A program made the translations under genes and the position numbers. Shown in pieces: positions 17,359 through 26,987 of a stretch of 64,000 nucleotides of DNA (position 1 is the stretch's first letter; each line of letters starts with the position of its first letter). Below the pieces are notes generated by a model that ran no database searches, was not told the origin of the DNA, and saw only the letters and a list, made by a program, of their open reading frames with translations. This DNA is from Gammaproteobacteria bacterium (GTDB taxonomy: Bacteria; Pseudomonadota; Gammaproteobacteria; Eutrophobiales; Eutrophobiaceae), in contig OZ242265.1 of assembly GCA_965207165.1 (NCBI GenBank), positions 1,501,593-1,565,592 of the forward strand, read 5' to 3'.

Positions 17359-18129
17359 TCAAAGCTGCCAACCCCCATCGACGGCCAGGTTCACACCTGA
17401 TATGTACCTGCCTTTTTCTGATGCCAGGAAGACTACCGCATTGGCGATGTCTTCAGGTGTACCCAGGTTACCCAGGGGGACTTGCGCGGTAATCGCCTTG
17501 ATGGCCTTCTCGTCCATCTGGCCGTCCATACCTCTTGCCAGTTTTCCTCCTGCCAACCAGCCCGAACGGATGCTGTTTGCCCGGATGCCATAGCGACCAT
17601 TTTCCCTGGCCACCACCTCCAGCAGGTTCTCAATGGCTGCCTTGGGCGCGCTGGACAGCACACTCTTCGGCAGGTGTCGTGTCGCCTGGGTGGTGGTCAC
17701 TGCGGTAATACTGCCGCCGCCGGTATCCTTCAATACGGGAAGCGCAGCCTGGATCAGGTTGAAACAGGCATGGGTGTCCTGCGTAAAGATGTTTTTCCAG
17801 GCTTCCAGACTTGTGGAACCGACAAAATCTATGGGTATGGCCGGACCTGCTGCATACACAACGCTATGGACGGCGACGTACTTTTCCTTGACCTGCTGCA
17901 TAAATGTATGGGTTGCAGCCTCATCATGCAAAGCCAGTTGATAGTAGTCCACTGCAATGTCTGAAGAGCCACAGGATTGTATTACCTGTCGCGCCCCCTG
18001 CTCGTTCAGGTGATAGGTGAACGCCACCGGCGATCCCGACCTCGCAAACGCCTCTACGATTGCCGCGCCGATCCCCCCGCTACCGCCGGCAACAACCGCA
18101 ACCCCCTCTTTAAACTCCTTTACACCCAT
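17359..18129 (-). CDS. SDR-family oxidoreductase
   Basis: 256 aa; VAGGSGGIGAAIVEAFA Rossmann motif; catalytic YxxxK region. Confidence 0.7.
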   Translation of the reverse strand: MGVKEFKEGVAVVAGGSGGIGAAIVEAFARSGSPVAFTYHLNEQGARQVIQSCGSSDIAVDYYQLALHDEAATHTFMQQVKEKYVAVHSVVYAAGPAIPIDFVGSTSLEAWKNIFTQDTHACFNLIQAALPVLKDTGGGSITAVTTTQATRHLPKSVLSSAPKAAIENLLEVVARENGRYGIRANSIRSGWLAGGKLARGMDGQMDEKAIKAITAQVPLGNLGTPEDIANAVVFLASEKGRYISGVNLAVDGGWQL

Positions 18130-18199
18130 TATTCATTCAGCGCCAGATACGGCGATCAATCAGCATATACTATACCTACCATACTGAGATTTCGTTTAC

Positions 18200-18240
18200 A
18201 AAAAAAGCCACCAGTGTTGCTATTGGTGGCTTCGTTATTT
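18200..18240 (-). terminator. Rho-independent terminator for the TonB-dependent receptor gene
   Basis: Hairpin gccaccag-tgttgctat-tggtggc; on the minus strand it is followed by TTTTTTT (aaaaaaa 18200-18206 on plus). Confidence 0.6.
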
Positions 18241-18257
18241 CGGATTGCGAGTTCATA

Positions 18258-20747
18258 CTAGAAATCGTATGCAATATATCCTCCAAGCTGTCTCGGATCG
18301 CCCGGGACACCAAAAAGAAGGAAGCCGTTGCCGACCGCCCCGGTTTTGAAGTAGCCCTCGTCAAACAGGTTCCTGCCATAAAAACCAAGCTTCCAGTTGC
18401 CGTTGTTGGGTATGTACTGCATGTTCAGATTAACGGTCGCATAACCGGCATCTGTCGTGCCGCCGGAACCAACGCGGTTCTCTGCGTCATACCATGACCC
18501 AACGTTGTAGCGCAGCGAAGGTGTGATGCTCAGCTCACCGCTGGTGAGAAAAGGCACCCTGTAATCCAGTCCGGCTGCCAGTGTGAAGGGCGGGGCGCCG
18601 GCAAATTTCTTACCGTTCGTCGCCGCAAAGCCTGAAGTGCCGGCAAGGGTATTGAAAAAGGGTGAATCCTGCTCATATTCAGAATCCGTAATGGTCATGT
18701 TCACATACCAGGTCAGGCCGTCATTTATCAGGCCGCTCAGATCAAGTTCCGCACCGTACAGCTCACCCTCAGGCACGTTATAGATAACCTGGCCACCGAC
18801 GTTGTTATCAATGAAGCTGATGTGGGGATTTTCGTAATCATAGTACCAGACCGCACCATTAACGAGCAGGTTACCACCCATCCATTGCGACTTGAAACCT
18901 ATTTCATAGGATGTGACTTCCTCCGGTTCGGAAACACCAAATGCGGGGCCATCCGCATTCAGGTAGGCCGATTTGAAACCGGTGGAGGTACCACCGTAGA
19001 ACATCCAGCTATCCGTCTTGTATTCCAGCCGGGCCGTATAGGTAAATTTATCGTCTTCCCTTTCAATTAGTCCGGCATTGGCATTCAATATTACCAGAAC
19101 AGGGTTGGTAAAAGGGTTGGTCAGATCGGTATGATCCTGCAACTCCAGTTCGTCCCTGTTATAGCGGCCACCCAGGGTAACGCTCCAGTTACCGGTAAAC
19201 GGATAGGTAATCTGCCCATAGACCGCGTAGGAAGTGGTTTCCCATTCATTCCGGGTACTTATGTTAAAACCACCAAAGCTGTTGCCATCCACACCATGCA
19301 ACTGCTGCTCGTTAAAATAATTAAAGCCGATAAGCCAGTCCCAGTCCCAGGTATCATTCGACACCAGACGGATTTCCTCCTGAAACATGTCGTTTTCATA
19401 CTGGCCGGTAAATCCGAGGCCGAGATTTGGCAGGCCCAACAAGCCCAGGGTCACGGCCCCCGGACTGCTTGGATCGATATTACCCACACCTGCAGCGCCG
19501 AAATAGTCGATGTCCGCATACGCGGTAATGGATGTCAGGGTAAACCGTTCAAAATCGATGTCGATACGACCGCTGAAAGCGGTCTCTTCGACTTGATGGC
19601 CGGAACCGGAAAAGGGCGATGCACTACCAAGAGTACCCGCAACCAACGCCCCGCCAGCGCCGGCGCCTGCAATTTCATTGCTGTTAATCAAGTTGGCGTG
19701 AGTGCCGCCTCTCCCCCGGGAAAAGTCGATGCCGGCTGCGGTACCGATGGCAGTGGGTATCGGACCAATCGTAGGTATAACCAAAAAGGGTGTATTCCGG
19801 TCACCGGGCGGCAGTCCGAATCCGCCTCCCAGTATCCCGGCCATAAGGACTTCACCGCTGCTCAGACCGTTTGCCGCCAAGGTATCGGCATCAAGGCCAA
19901 TTGCTGCCAATGGACCACCCGGAGCCGTGCGTGGATCAATCTGCCGGATTTGTGCCGCAGAGGGTAGCTCCCGATCGGATAATCCATAGTAGACATTAAC
20001 CCCGTCAAGCTGGTCCAAATAGCTGCCCTTGAGCAGCACCGAGATATTGTCCTGTTCAAACAATAACTTGCCGGTCAACCCCCATTCTTCCAGATCATGT
20101 ATGCCACCCCTGGCTGGGTTCTGGCTGTCGGGCAGAAAGTCGTAAAACGGGTCATGTTCCTTGAAAAAACCTTCCAGACTGAGAGCAGTGTTATCCGTCA
20201 GGCCCGTTGCTGCATAAACACTCAGGTCTATTGCGTCATGTTCGCCATAGCCGACTTTAACATTACCGGACGGTCCAACGCCGACTTCCGGTCTCCTGGT
20301 CTCAATGACGATGGAGCCGCCGGTTGAGTTTTTCCCATACAACGCTCCCTGTGGACCTTTCAGAACCTGAACGCTGGACGTGTTAACACCGACATTGCTG
20401 GCATAAGAACGTGGTATATACACACCATCCACATTGATGGTGGAACCCATATACACAGCGCCGCCCGGTATGATACTGCCCATCCCCCGGATGACCGGTA
20501 TCAGGTAGCCACCCGTATTCATCATGTTAACACCGGAAATGGCAGTGCCAAGCTCTTCCGTACGAGTAATCGCCGCTTTTTCCAGCCCTTCCTCTGTGAG
20601 TGCAGAAATCGAAATGGCTACATCCTGGATGGATTCCTCACGTTTCTGGGCGGTGACAATGATTTCTTCCAGTTGTGCCAGTGCCGGTGTCATCGACAGG
20701 CACAGACCGGTTGTAATGACAGAAATGATGTATAGTTTAATTTTCAT
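18258..20747 (-). CDS. TonB-dependent outer-membrane receptor
   Basis: 829 aa; signal peptide, TonB box/plug (EEIIVTAQKREESIQDV), C-terminal ...IAYDF; contains an unusual Gly/Ala/Pro-rich ~100-aa segment. Confidence 0.85.
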   Translation of the reverse strand: MKIKLYIISVITTGLCLSMTPALAQLEEIIVTAQKREESIQDVAISISALTEEGLEKAAITRTEELGTAISGVNMMNTGGYLIPVIRGMGSIIPGGAVYMGSTINVDGVYIPRSYASNVGVNTSSVQVLKGPQGALYGKNSTGGSIVIETRRPEVGVGPSGNVKVGYGEHDAIDLSVYAATGLTDNTALSLEGFFKEHDPFYDFLPDSQNPARGGIHDLEEWGLTGKLLFEQDNISVLLKGSYLDQLDGVNVYYGLSDRELPSAAQIRQIDPRTAPGGPLAAIGLDADTLAANGLSSGEVLMAGILGGGFGLPPGDRNTPFLVIPTIGPIPTAIGTAAGIDFSRGRGGTHANLINSNEIAGAGAGGALVAGTLGSASPFSGSGHQVEETAFSGRIDIDFERFTLTSITAYADIDYFGAAGVGNIDPSSPGAVTLGLLGLPNLGLGFTGQYENDMFQEEIRLVSNDTWDWDWLIGFNYFNEQQLHGVDGNSFGGFNISTRNEWETTSYAVYGQITYPFTGNWSVTLGGRYNRDELELQDHTDLTNPFTNPVLVILNANAGLIEREDDKFTYTARLEYKTDSWMFYGGTSTGFKSAYLNADGPAFGVSEPEEVTSYEIGFKSQWMGGNLLVNGAVWYYDYENPHISFIDNNVGGQVIYNVPEGELYGAELDLSGLINDGLTWYVNMTITDSEYEQDSPFFNTLAGTSGFAATNGKKFAGAPPFTLAAGLDYRVPFLTSGELSITPSLRYNVGSWYDAENRVGSGGTTDAGYATVNLNMQYIPNNGNWKLGFYGRNLFDEGYFKTGAVGNGFLLFGVPGDPRQLGGYIAYDF

Positions 20748-20768
20748 CGAATTCCCCCGTCGTCAGAC

Positions 20769-20850
20769 ATTGATATACGTACACGCTCTTGACCTACGCA
20801 AGAGTATATAATAGTTGTAGAACGTTTGCTATACTAGCAGATGTTATAAG
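20769..20850. promoter_or_regulatory. ~82-bp promoter/operator module, copy 1: IR ctcttgacctacgcaagag + TATATAAT + degenerate palindrome operator
   Basis: ~85% identical to 23493..23575; lies 22 bp upstream of the receptor start. Confidence 0.55.
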
Positions 20851-20933
20851 AAAAAACAGCAGCTGAGCATGAGCATAGCCGAGCATGTTGTCAACAATTA
20901 GAATTGTCCGGTTTAGAGCGTTGTTGATGTGCG

Positions 20934-22106
20934 TCACAAACTTCTTGCGATTGTTGAACGCATAATTTCGGAGGTGCCTAAAAATATCCGGTGAACCCGT
21001 GCGAAAGAATACATTTTGGAAATCGGCATCTCGTCGCTGTACCCCATGCCTCCATGCAATTGCAAGCACTCATCCATAACCCTCGCCTCAAGTTCACTGC
21101 CCCAGAGCTTGGCAATCGCTGATTCATCAGCGCCGAGTTGATTCTTGTTCAGTTTCTTCAAATAACTGTCAATCAGGGCTCTCCCTGCCGCAATGTCAGC
21201 TCTTACGGATGCCAGTTTGAATTGGGTATTCTGGAACTCAAATATCCGTTGCCCGAAGGCCTTGCGCTCTTTTGTATAGTCTATCGTCAAAGCCATCGCC
21301 AACTCGCAGGCGGCGACACAACGTGCCGCTGTTGCCATCCTGCCCGTTGCGATAGAGCCCATGGCGCAGCGCAAGCCCCTCCCCTCCACACCCCCCATAA
21401 GGTTGCGGGCAGGAATACGGACGTCATCAAAAAATATCTCCGCCACACCACCGCAGCCCTTCGTCATCAGTGGTGTTGGTTTACTCACGGTTATACCTTT
21501 TGTTCCCTCAAACGGAACGATAAACATCGAAATAGCGTCGCTGTTGCCCTCTGTTTCCGTCTTGGCCACAACAAACAACACAGAAATGAGCGGCCCATTC
21601 GACATCCACATTTTTGAACCATTAATGACATAATCATCCCCATCTCTGCGGGCAAATGTCTTAATGGCTCGAGCATCACTTCCGGCGCCGGATTCAGAAA
21701 GGCCAACTTCAGCGATTCCCTTTCCTGATGCAAAAAATGGCAGCCATTCTTTCTTTTGCTCTTCGGTTCCTCCATCGAGCAGCACATAACTTGCTAATTC
21801 CGTACATAACCCAGCTTCAAGTGAAGCGCCGCTTGCAGAAAAACCGTGCTCTTCGTGAAGTATTACCTGATGCAGTAGATCACCACCGCCACCGCCATAC
21901 TCTTCAGGTATTCCGGCACAGAGAATCCCGTATTCGGCAGCTGTTTTGAACAGTGCTGCCGGGAAAAAGCCATCCTTCTCCCATTGCCGGTAATTCGGCT
22001 CAACCTCCTGTTGAAAAAATCGTCGCACTACTTCACGAAAGGCTTCGTGTTCAGGCTGAAATACTTCCCGGTTATAACCTAAGGATGCAACATCACTCAT
22101 TTTCAT
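20934..22106 (-). CDS. Acyl-CoA dehydrogenase
   Basis: 390 aa; ACAD N/M/C domains, catalytic-base region ...GGMGYSDEMPISKMYSFARVHRIFLGTSEI. Confidence 0.85.
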   Translation of the reverse strand: MKMSDVASLGYNREVFQPEHEAFREVVRRFFQQEVEPNYRQWEKDGFFPAALFKTAAEYGILCAGIPEEYGGGGGDLLHQVILHEEHGFSASGASLEAGLCTELASYVLLDGGTEEQKKEWLPFFASGKGIAEVGLSESGAGSDARAIKTFARRDGDDYVINGSKMWMSNGPLISVLFVVAKTETEGNSDAISMFIVPFEGTKGITVSKPTPLMTKGCGGVAEIFFDDVRIPARNLMGGVEGRGLRCAMGSIATGRMATAARCVAACELAMALTIDYTKERKAFGQRIFEFQNTQFKLASVRADIAAGRALIDSYLKKLNKNQLGADESAIAKLWGSELEARVMDECLQLHGGMGYSDEMPISKMYSFARVHRIFLGTSEIMRSTIARSL

Positions 22107-22190
22107 TACCGCTACCAGTCGTTCACCACGTTACAGGGAGGCCGAATCAACGACATAACCGTTATATCCATCGGAGACCTCATTTTTTTA

Positions 22191-23441
22191 TTACCGGGGA
22201 TGAAACCTGACATTAAGTTCATATAAACCCCGAAAAAAAGCCATGGGCATAAAATTAAGCTTATCGTCTTGAACATCAACACCTTTGAACATTTTGACCA
22301 TAGCCAATAAAAACTCGCCAACCTCCATTTTTGCCAGCATATGCCCTACACAGTGGTGTACTCCAGGAGCGAAAACCATGGAGTTGGTATTGTCACGACT
22401 AAAATCGAGACCTAAAGGGTTATCATAAACTCTCGGATCGCGATTAGCCGCCGCCACGCAAAGCATGACCATATCACCTGCTTTAATTTGTTTACCGTGC
22501 CATTCAAAATCGTAACTGGCCACACGTAATTGGCCCGCATTCATGCAAACATAGCGCATGAATTCATTAACAATGTCGGTGATTTTATCGGGGCACTCCT
22601 CGATATACTGCCATGCTTCGGGGTGTCGACTCAGTGCTTCAACGATCATGGTAATTGTGCTGGAGGTACTCTCATGACCGGCAACAATCAAAATCTGCAT
22701 CTGAGCAAAAAATTCATCTTCTGTGAGTTTTTCACCTTCATCACTTGCCTGGGCTAAGGCAGTAATGAGGTCATCCTTTGGCTCTAACAATCGCTTTTCT
22801 CTTTCAATTCGGCCAAGCTCATTCATTTCTGAGGCACATTTTTCAGCGCGTGTTATCTGTTTTTCTGTGGACCCAATCGAGGAAGTCACCTCCATTATGG
22901 CGTTAGACCATTCACGCATATTGGCGAACTGCTCTTCAGGAATTCCCAGCATTTTGAAAATAACAAAGCCGGGTAGGGGTCTTGAAATCTGTTCCTGAAA
23001 TTCAATTTCAGGGGAGTCAACTGCTTTTCTCAAGAGATCTCGAACCTTTTCTCGAACGATGGGGCGAATTTGTTCTACGGCTTTTTTGGTGACAGCTTTC
23101 ATCAACAACTTTCTAAGGCGTGTATGCTCAGGCGCTTCGGTATCGACAATAACCAGTGGAAGGTATTTTGAAAGCACTGGAAATTTCTTGGAGCGCTCAT
23201 CAGGGGGGATTTTCGACATTACGCTGGAAACCAAACGACCTTTACAGGACAAGGCGGGGTACTTGTAGTTAAAAGCATCAGCAACATCCTGATGGCGAGT
23301 TATCATCCAGCAATTGGCTGTTTTATTCCAATAGACCGGGTCATATTCACGCAATTCATCCAAAAGTGTCAGGAACTCATTTCCCATTTCTGCAGGCCCT
23401 GCTGAAAGATTGATATCAAAAACACCTTCATTTGTGCGCAT
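22191..23441 (-). CDS. Cytochrome P450 monooxygenase (paralog of 48662..49906)
   Basis: Heme motif FAPGVHHCVGHMLA, AGHESTS, ExxR; ATG 23441 with RBS preferred over GTG 23453. Confidence 0.85.
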   Translation of the reverse strand: MRTNEGVFDINLSAGPAEMGNEFLTLLDELREYDPVYWNKTANCWMITRHQDVADAFNYKYPALSCKGRLVSSVMSKIPPDERSKKFPVLSKYLPLVIVDTEAPEHTRLRKLLMKAVTKKAVEQIRPIVREKVRDLLRKAVDSPEIEFQEQISRPLPGFVIFKMLGIPEEQFANMREWSNAIMEVTSSIGSTEKQITRAEKCASEMNELGRIEREKRLLEPKDDLITALAQASDEGEKLTEDEFFAQMQILIVAGHESTSSTITMIVEALSRHPEAWQYIEECPDKITDIVNEFMRYVCMNAGQLRVASYDFEWHGKQIKAGDMVMLCVAAANRDPRVYDNPLGLDFSRDNTNSMVFAPGVHHCVGHMLAKMEVGEFLLAMVKMFKGVDVQDDKLNFMPMAFFRGLYELNVRFHPR

Positions 23442-23492
23442 AGAAAACTCCACTTAACTTGGTTAACACATCCGACATCAAAAATTAGTATG

Positions 23493-23575
23493 GATATACG
23501 TACAACAGCCTCTTGACCTGCGCAAGAGCATATAATAGGTTTATATCGATTGCTATACTAGCATATGCTATAAGG
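23493..23575. promoter_or_regulatory. ~82-bp promoter/operator module, copy 2 (IR ctcttgacctgcgcaagag, CATATAAT, palindrome site 23557..23572)
   Basis: Divergent intergenic region between the P450 (minus) and the dehydrogenase (plus). Confidence 0.6.
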
Positions 23576-23680
23576 ATAAAGGCCGATGAAAAGGCAGCTA
23601 ATGTTGCGGGTGCATTGCATTCACCTGCTAAAACCAGTTATATTTCAGAAAAAACAATCGGTTACGCGGGAGGATATAGC

Positions 23681-24571
23681 GTGGAAAGAGTAGGTTTTAT
23701 AGGCGTGGGTATGATGGGAGGCGCTATCGCTGCGCGAATGATCGAAAACGGGGTGCCCGTGCTGGCCTACGACAACAATCCCGGTACACTCAAGGCAGTG
23801 GCATCCAGCGGGGTGACACCCGCAGCATCCGTCAAGGAAGTTGCTGATAATGTTGAAATTATATTTGCCTGCCTGCCGGACGCAGGGATCTGCCGTAGCG
23901 TCGCGCTGGACCCCGGCGGCATCGCCGATGGTGACAGGGTGACAATTTATATCGAGACCTCCACCATGGGTGGTGAAGCGGTCATCGAAATTGCCGAAGG
24001 CCTCGCGAAACGCGGCATTACCCTGCTTGACTCACCAATCGTCGGTGGCGTACCGGCCCTGGAGGCCGGTACACTGGGCGTACTGGCCTCCGGGCCCGCA
24101 AAGGCCTTTGAACAAGCGAAATATGCGCTGGAAACGTTTGCCGGCCGACTGTTTCACCTCGGAGAACAGGCCGGCATGGGACAGGCCGGAAAAGTGGTGA
24201 ACAACTCCGTTGCCTACGCGGCCTTACTGGCCACCTGCGAGGCCGTTGCCGTCGGGATGAAAGCGGGCTTAAGCATGCAAACGGCCGTCGACATTATCAA
24301 TCAGGGCAGTGGCGCGAATTTCTTTTCCCAAATTGTTGTTCCCAATTTCATACTGCAGGGAAAATTCGAAGGCACCGGTGCAGTCGAAATCGGCGTGAAG
24401 GACGTCAAGCTGTTCCTCGCTGAGGCAGCGCGGCTGGGCATCGACCCGCCGGTGGCCAACGCAGTATCCGCCCTTCAGAAAGCAGTTGTCGAGTCCGGCC
24501 CCCCCGGACGGGACACCATGACCTACTTCCACTATTTCAGTGACCTGGCGGGTTTGCCTCGCCAGGGTTAA
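23681..24571 (+). CDS. NAD(P)-dependent 3-hydroxyisobutyrate-dehydrogenase-family oxidoreductase
   Basis: GTG 23681 after GGAGG; GFIGVGMMGGAIAARM Rossmann motif; 6PGDH-like NAD-binding and C-terminal domains. Confidence 0.75.
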   Translation: MERVGFIGVGMMGGAIAARMIENGVPVLAYDNNPGTLKAVASSGVTPAASVKEVADNVEIIFACLPDAGICRSVALDPGGIADGDRVTIYIETSTMGGEAVIEIAEGLAKRGITLLDSPIVGGVPALEAGTLGVLASGPAKAFEQAKYALETFAGRLFHLGEQAGMGQAGKVVNNSVAYAALLATCEAVAVGMKAGLSMQTAVDIINQGSGANFFSQIVVPNFILQGKFEGTGAVEIGVKDVKLFLAEAARLGIDPPVANAVSALQKAVVESGPPGRDTMTYFHYFSDLAGLPRQG

Positions 24572-24582
24572 CGTTGTAGCGT

Positions 24583-24876
24583 CTAGTCCAGCCCTTCAGC
24601 CAGTACGAACTGGACCTCGGCAGCATCTATCCGCGTATCCTTCGCTTCACTGTACTCAGGACTGTTATACCAGTTTACAGCCTGTTCATAACTGGGAAAT
24701 TTGTACACGATTACGCAAACGCCCTGTTTACCTTCAACGAACTGCTGATTGCCCCTCGATGTAACGAGCGCTTCCCCGCCAAACTGCTTTATAATCGGCA
24801 CAGCCGCTTCACGGTACAACTGCAGTTTCTCGATATCGTTGATACCTTGTATCGTTACTATTGCATAACCTGCCAT
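24583..24876 (-). CDS. DUF1330-family small protein
   Basis: ~97 aa; MAGYAIVT... pattern of DUF1330; start chosen at an ATG with RBS (the longer ORF begins with TTG). Confidence 0.5.
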   Translation of the reverse strand: MAGYAIVTIQGINDIEKLQLYREAAVPIIKQFGGEALVTSRGNQQFVEGKQGVCVIVYKFPSYEQAVNWYNSPEYSEAKDTRIDAAEVQFVLAEGLD

Positions 24877-24906
24877 TCTCATTTCTCCTGCAAGGTTTGA
24901 CAAACT

Positions 24907-25788
24907 CTATGCATCACTGCTTCTTCCTGAGCCGATGAATATCAGGATAAATGCCGTGGACATCATGACCAGGCTGTAAACACTCGGGACCACGGCCCAC
25001 TCAGGTTGCTCCAGGATATTCAGTGCGATCATGGCGCCCAATGCGACATTCTGGATACCGACTTCGATAGCAACGGTGAGCCGTCGTACTCTATCCAGAC
25101 CAAATGCAAAAGCCAGTGCATACCCGCCCAGTAAGGTTGCAAGGTTGAAGACCAGCAGCAAAGACCAGAGACGATTCAGGTTTTGCATGAAGAAGTCAAA
25201 TTCCAGCGCCACCGACCCAATGAGTAATACCAGCAGGATGAGAATACCCGCACCCCGCATCCAGCGGTCAGATCTGACTGCAAAGCCGCGCACATATCGG
25301 CGCACCGCCATCCCGGCCAGCAGCGGAACAAATACCAGTACGAGCAATTGTATTACGGTGCTCCGGACAGGCAACGCAACTATGTCTGCTTCACCTGCCA
25401 CCTGCCGCGCACTCTGGAGAAGGTCCAGTCCAAAATGCAGCACCAGTGGTACGGTGACCAGGGCCAGGATACTGGACATGGCTGTCAGCGTGACCGACAG
25501 GGGGATATCCGCACGGGCGAGATAGGAGACCGTATTGGAAACGACACCCCCCGGGCACACCGCCAGGATAAGAACACCAGCAGAAACGGCCAGCGGGAGT
25601 GACGTGCCGTAAAGCAGCACCATGGCAATGGCGGGTAACAATACAAACTGGCCAAACAAACCCACGAAAACCGCGCGCGGATAACGTACTACCCTGCGCC
25701 AGTCTTCGGGCACGAGTTGCATACCCATACCAAACATCAGAAGTATCAACCCTGAAGGCACAAAGATTTTATAGATCGATTCCAGCAT
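24907..25788 (-). CDS. Bile acid:sodium symporter (BASS/SBF) family transporter
   Basis: Multi-TM protein with CPGGVVSN signature; start uncertain (25788 or 25851). Confidence 0.65.
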   Translation of the reverse strand: MLESIYKIFVPSGLILLMFGMGMQLVPEDWRRVVRYPRAVFVGLFGQFVLLPAIAMVLLYGTSLPLAVSAGVLILAVCPGGVVSNTVSYLARADIPLSVTLTAMSSILALVTVPLVLHFGLDLLQSARQVAGEADIVALPVRSTVIQLLVLVFVPLLAGMAVRRYVRGFAVRSDRWMRGAGILILLVLLIGSVALEFDFFMQNLNRLWSLLLVFNLATLLGGYALAFAFGLDRVRRLTVAIEVGIQNVALGAMIALNILEQPEWAVVPSVYSLVMMSTAFILIFIGSGRSSDA

Positions 25789-25860
25789 ATATTGTCGCCC
25801 ATCGTGTGGTTGCAGACTTTGTATTAATTCCGGCTTGCAGGTTTCCAACAATAAGTTTAT

Positions 25861-25876
25861 TGTAGCATGTGCTATA
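25861..25876. promoter_or_regulatory. Palindrome operator site (tgtagcatgtgctata; 14/16 to TATAGCATATGCTATA)
   Basis: Divergent intergenic region between the BASS transporter and the CoA-transferase. Confidence 0.5.
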
Positions 25877-25912
25877 TTCGTTACAACCCGTGAGGCCGGG
25901 AGAAAAAATCAA

Positions 25913-26941
25913 GTGAGCCGTTCTGCATCAGTACTGGAGGGTCTTTCTGTTGCCGATTTCGGGCTGGGCATGCCGGCCGCCCTGGTGTGCAAGTTCCTGC
26001 GGGAGGCCGGCGCAAAGGTCAGCCGGATTGAACCCCCGGCGGGCGACCCGTTCTACGACATTTACCCGGCTTACCAGGTCTGGCAACAGCACAAGGAGAT
26101 ACTACCCGCCGGCGCGGGTGCTGATGCCGCAATACAACTTGCCGCAGATGTCGACATTTGCGTTATCGGCGGTGAGGGCCATCCGGACATGGAATGGAGT
26201 TTTGACCCGCTTGAACTTGTCGAGACCAATCCGCGCCTGGTGGTGGTCAACATCGAAGCCGCACCTGAAATCACAGGGGAAGCGCCCCTGCCCGCGGACG
26301 AATTGCTTGCACAGGCCCGGTCTGGCTTCAGTTACGAACATTTCAGTGATCGACCTGTAATGTTCAACTTTCCGGTGGCAACCTACGGGGCTGTTCTTAA
26401 TGCCTTATTCGGCGTATTTGCCGCACTTGTCCACCGTGAGCAAAGCGGCGAGGGACAGGTGGTTTCCGTCTCGCTGGTAGAAGGCGCTCTTGATGCATGC
26501 CGCTCCAGTTGGTTCACGGCTGAAAATCCAGACCGACGTTTCATGGCTGCCGTCCCCAAGAACTCGCGCATGACCATATTCAGATGTGCCGACGGAAAAT
26601 ACGTCCACCTGATGATGGGAACGCCGGGCGCGAAGGAACGATTTTACAAGCTGCTTGATCTTAAATCCGGCGAATTCACCGATACACTCGATGACCGGGG
26701 TATGCCGACCGGCATGGGCGACCCATCCACGTTCTGGGGCGATATTGACGCATTCTCTATGCCGATTTCGAAGTACAACAGTGACGAATTTATCAAGTTG
26801 TTATGGGACAACGGGTTCCCATGCTCTCTCGCACAAAAACCAGGCGAATGCTGGGACGATGCCCAGGTCGCTGCCAATGAAATTCTTGAGACAGATGAAG
26901 CCGATCGTCAGTACGTGGGATTTCCACTCAAGGGGCTATAA
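25913..26941 (+). CDS. Family III CoA-transferase (CaiB/BaiF)
   Basis: LSVADFGLGMPAALVCKFLREAGAKVSRIEP N-terminal signature; GTG 25913 chosen so the palindrome stays intergenic. Confidence 0.75.
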   Translation: MSRSASVLEGLSVADFGLGMPAALVCKFLREAGAKVSRIEPPAGDPFYDIYPAYQVWQQHKEILPAGAGADAAIQLAADVDICVIGGEGHPDMEWSFDPLELVETNPRLVVVNIEAAPEITGEAPLPADELLAQARSGFSYEHFSDRPVMFNFPVATYGAVLNALFGVFAALVHREQSGEGQVVSVSLVEGALDACRSSWFTAENPDRRFMAAVPKNSRMTIFRCADGKYVHLMMGTPGAKERFYKLLDLKSGEFTDTLDDRGMPTGMGDPSTFWGDIDAFSMPISKYNSDEFIKLLWDNGFPCSLAQKPGECWDDAQVAANEILETDEADRQYVGFPLKGL

Positions 26942-26987
26942 CGTTGAAGCGATCATTATCACAGACGGCTAGCGAGGATGGTTCCCG

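Noticed and set aside
19131-19967. 278-aa plus-strand ORF and other long ORFs antisense to real genes (e.g. 38348-39121, 47570-48238, 51330-51980, 61466-62341, 8395-8832)
   Set aside because: They lie entirely inside well-supported genes on the opposite strand, have no recognisable motifs and show the biased composition typical of antisense frames in GC-rich genes.
23513-23680. 56-codon N-terminal extension of the dehydrogenase ORF (ATG 23513)
   Set aside because: It would bury the conserved promoter/operator module inside coding sequence. GTG 23681 has a GGAGG RBS and places the Rossmann motif at the N-terminus as expected.
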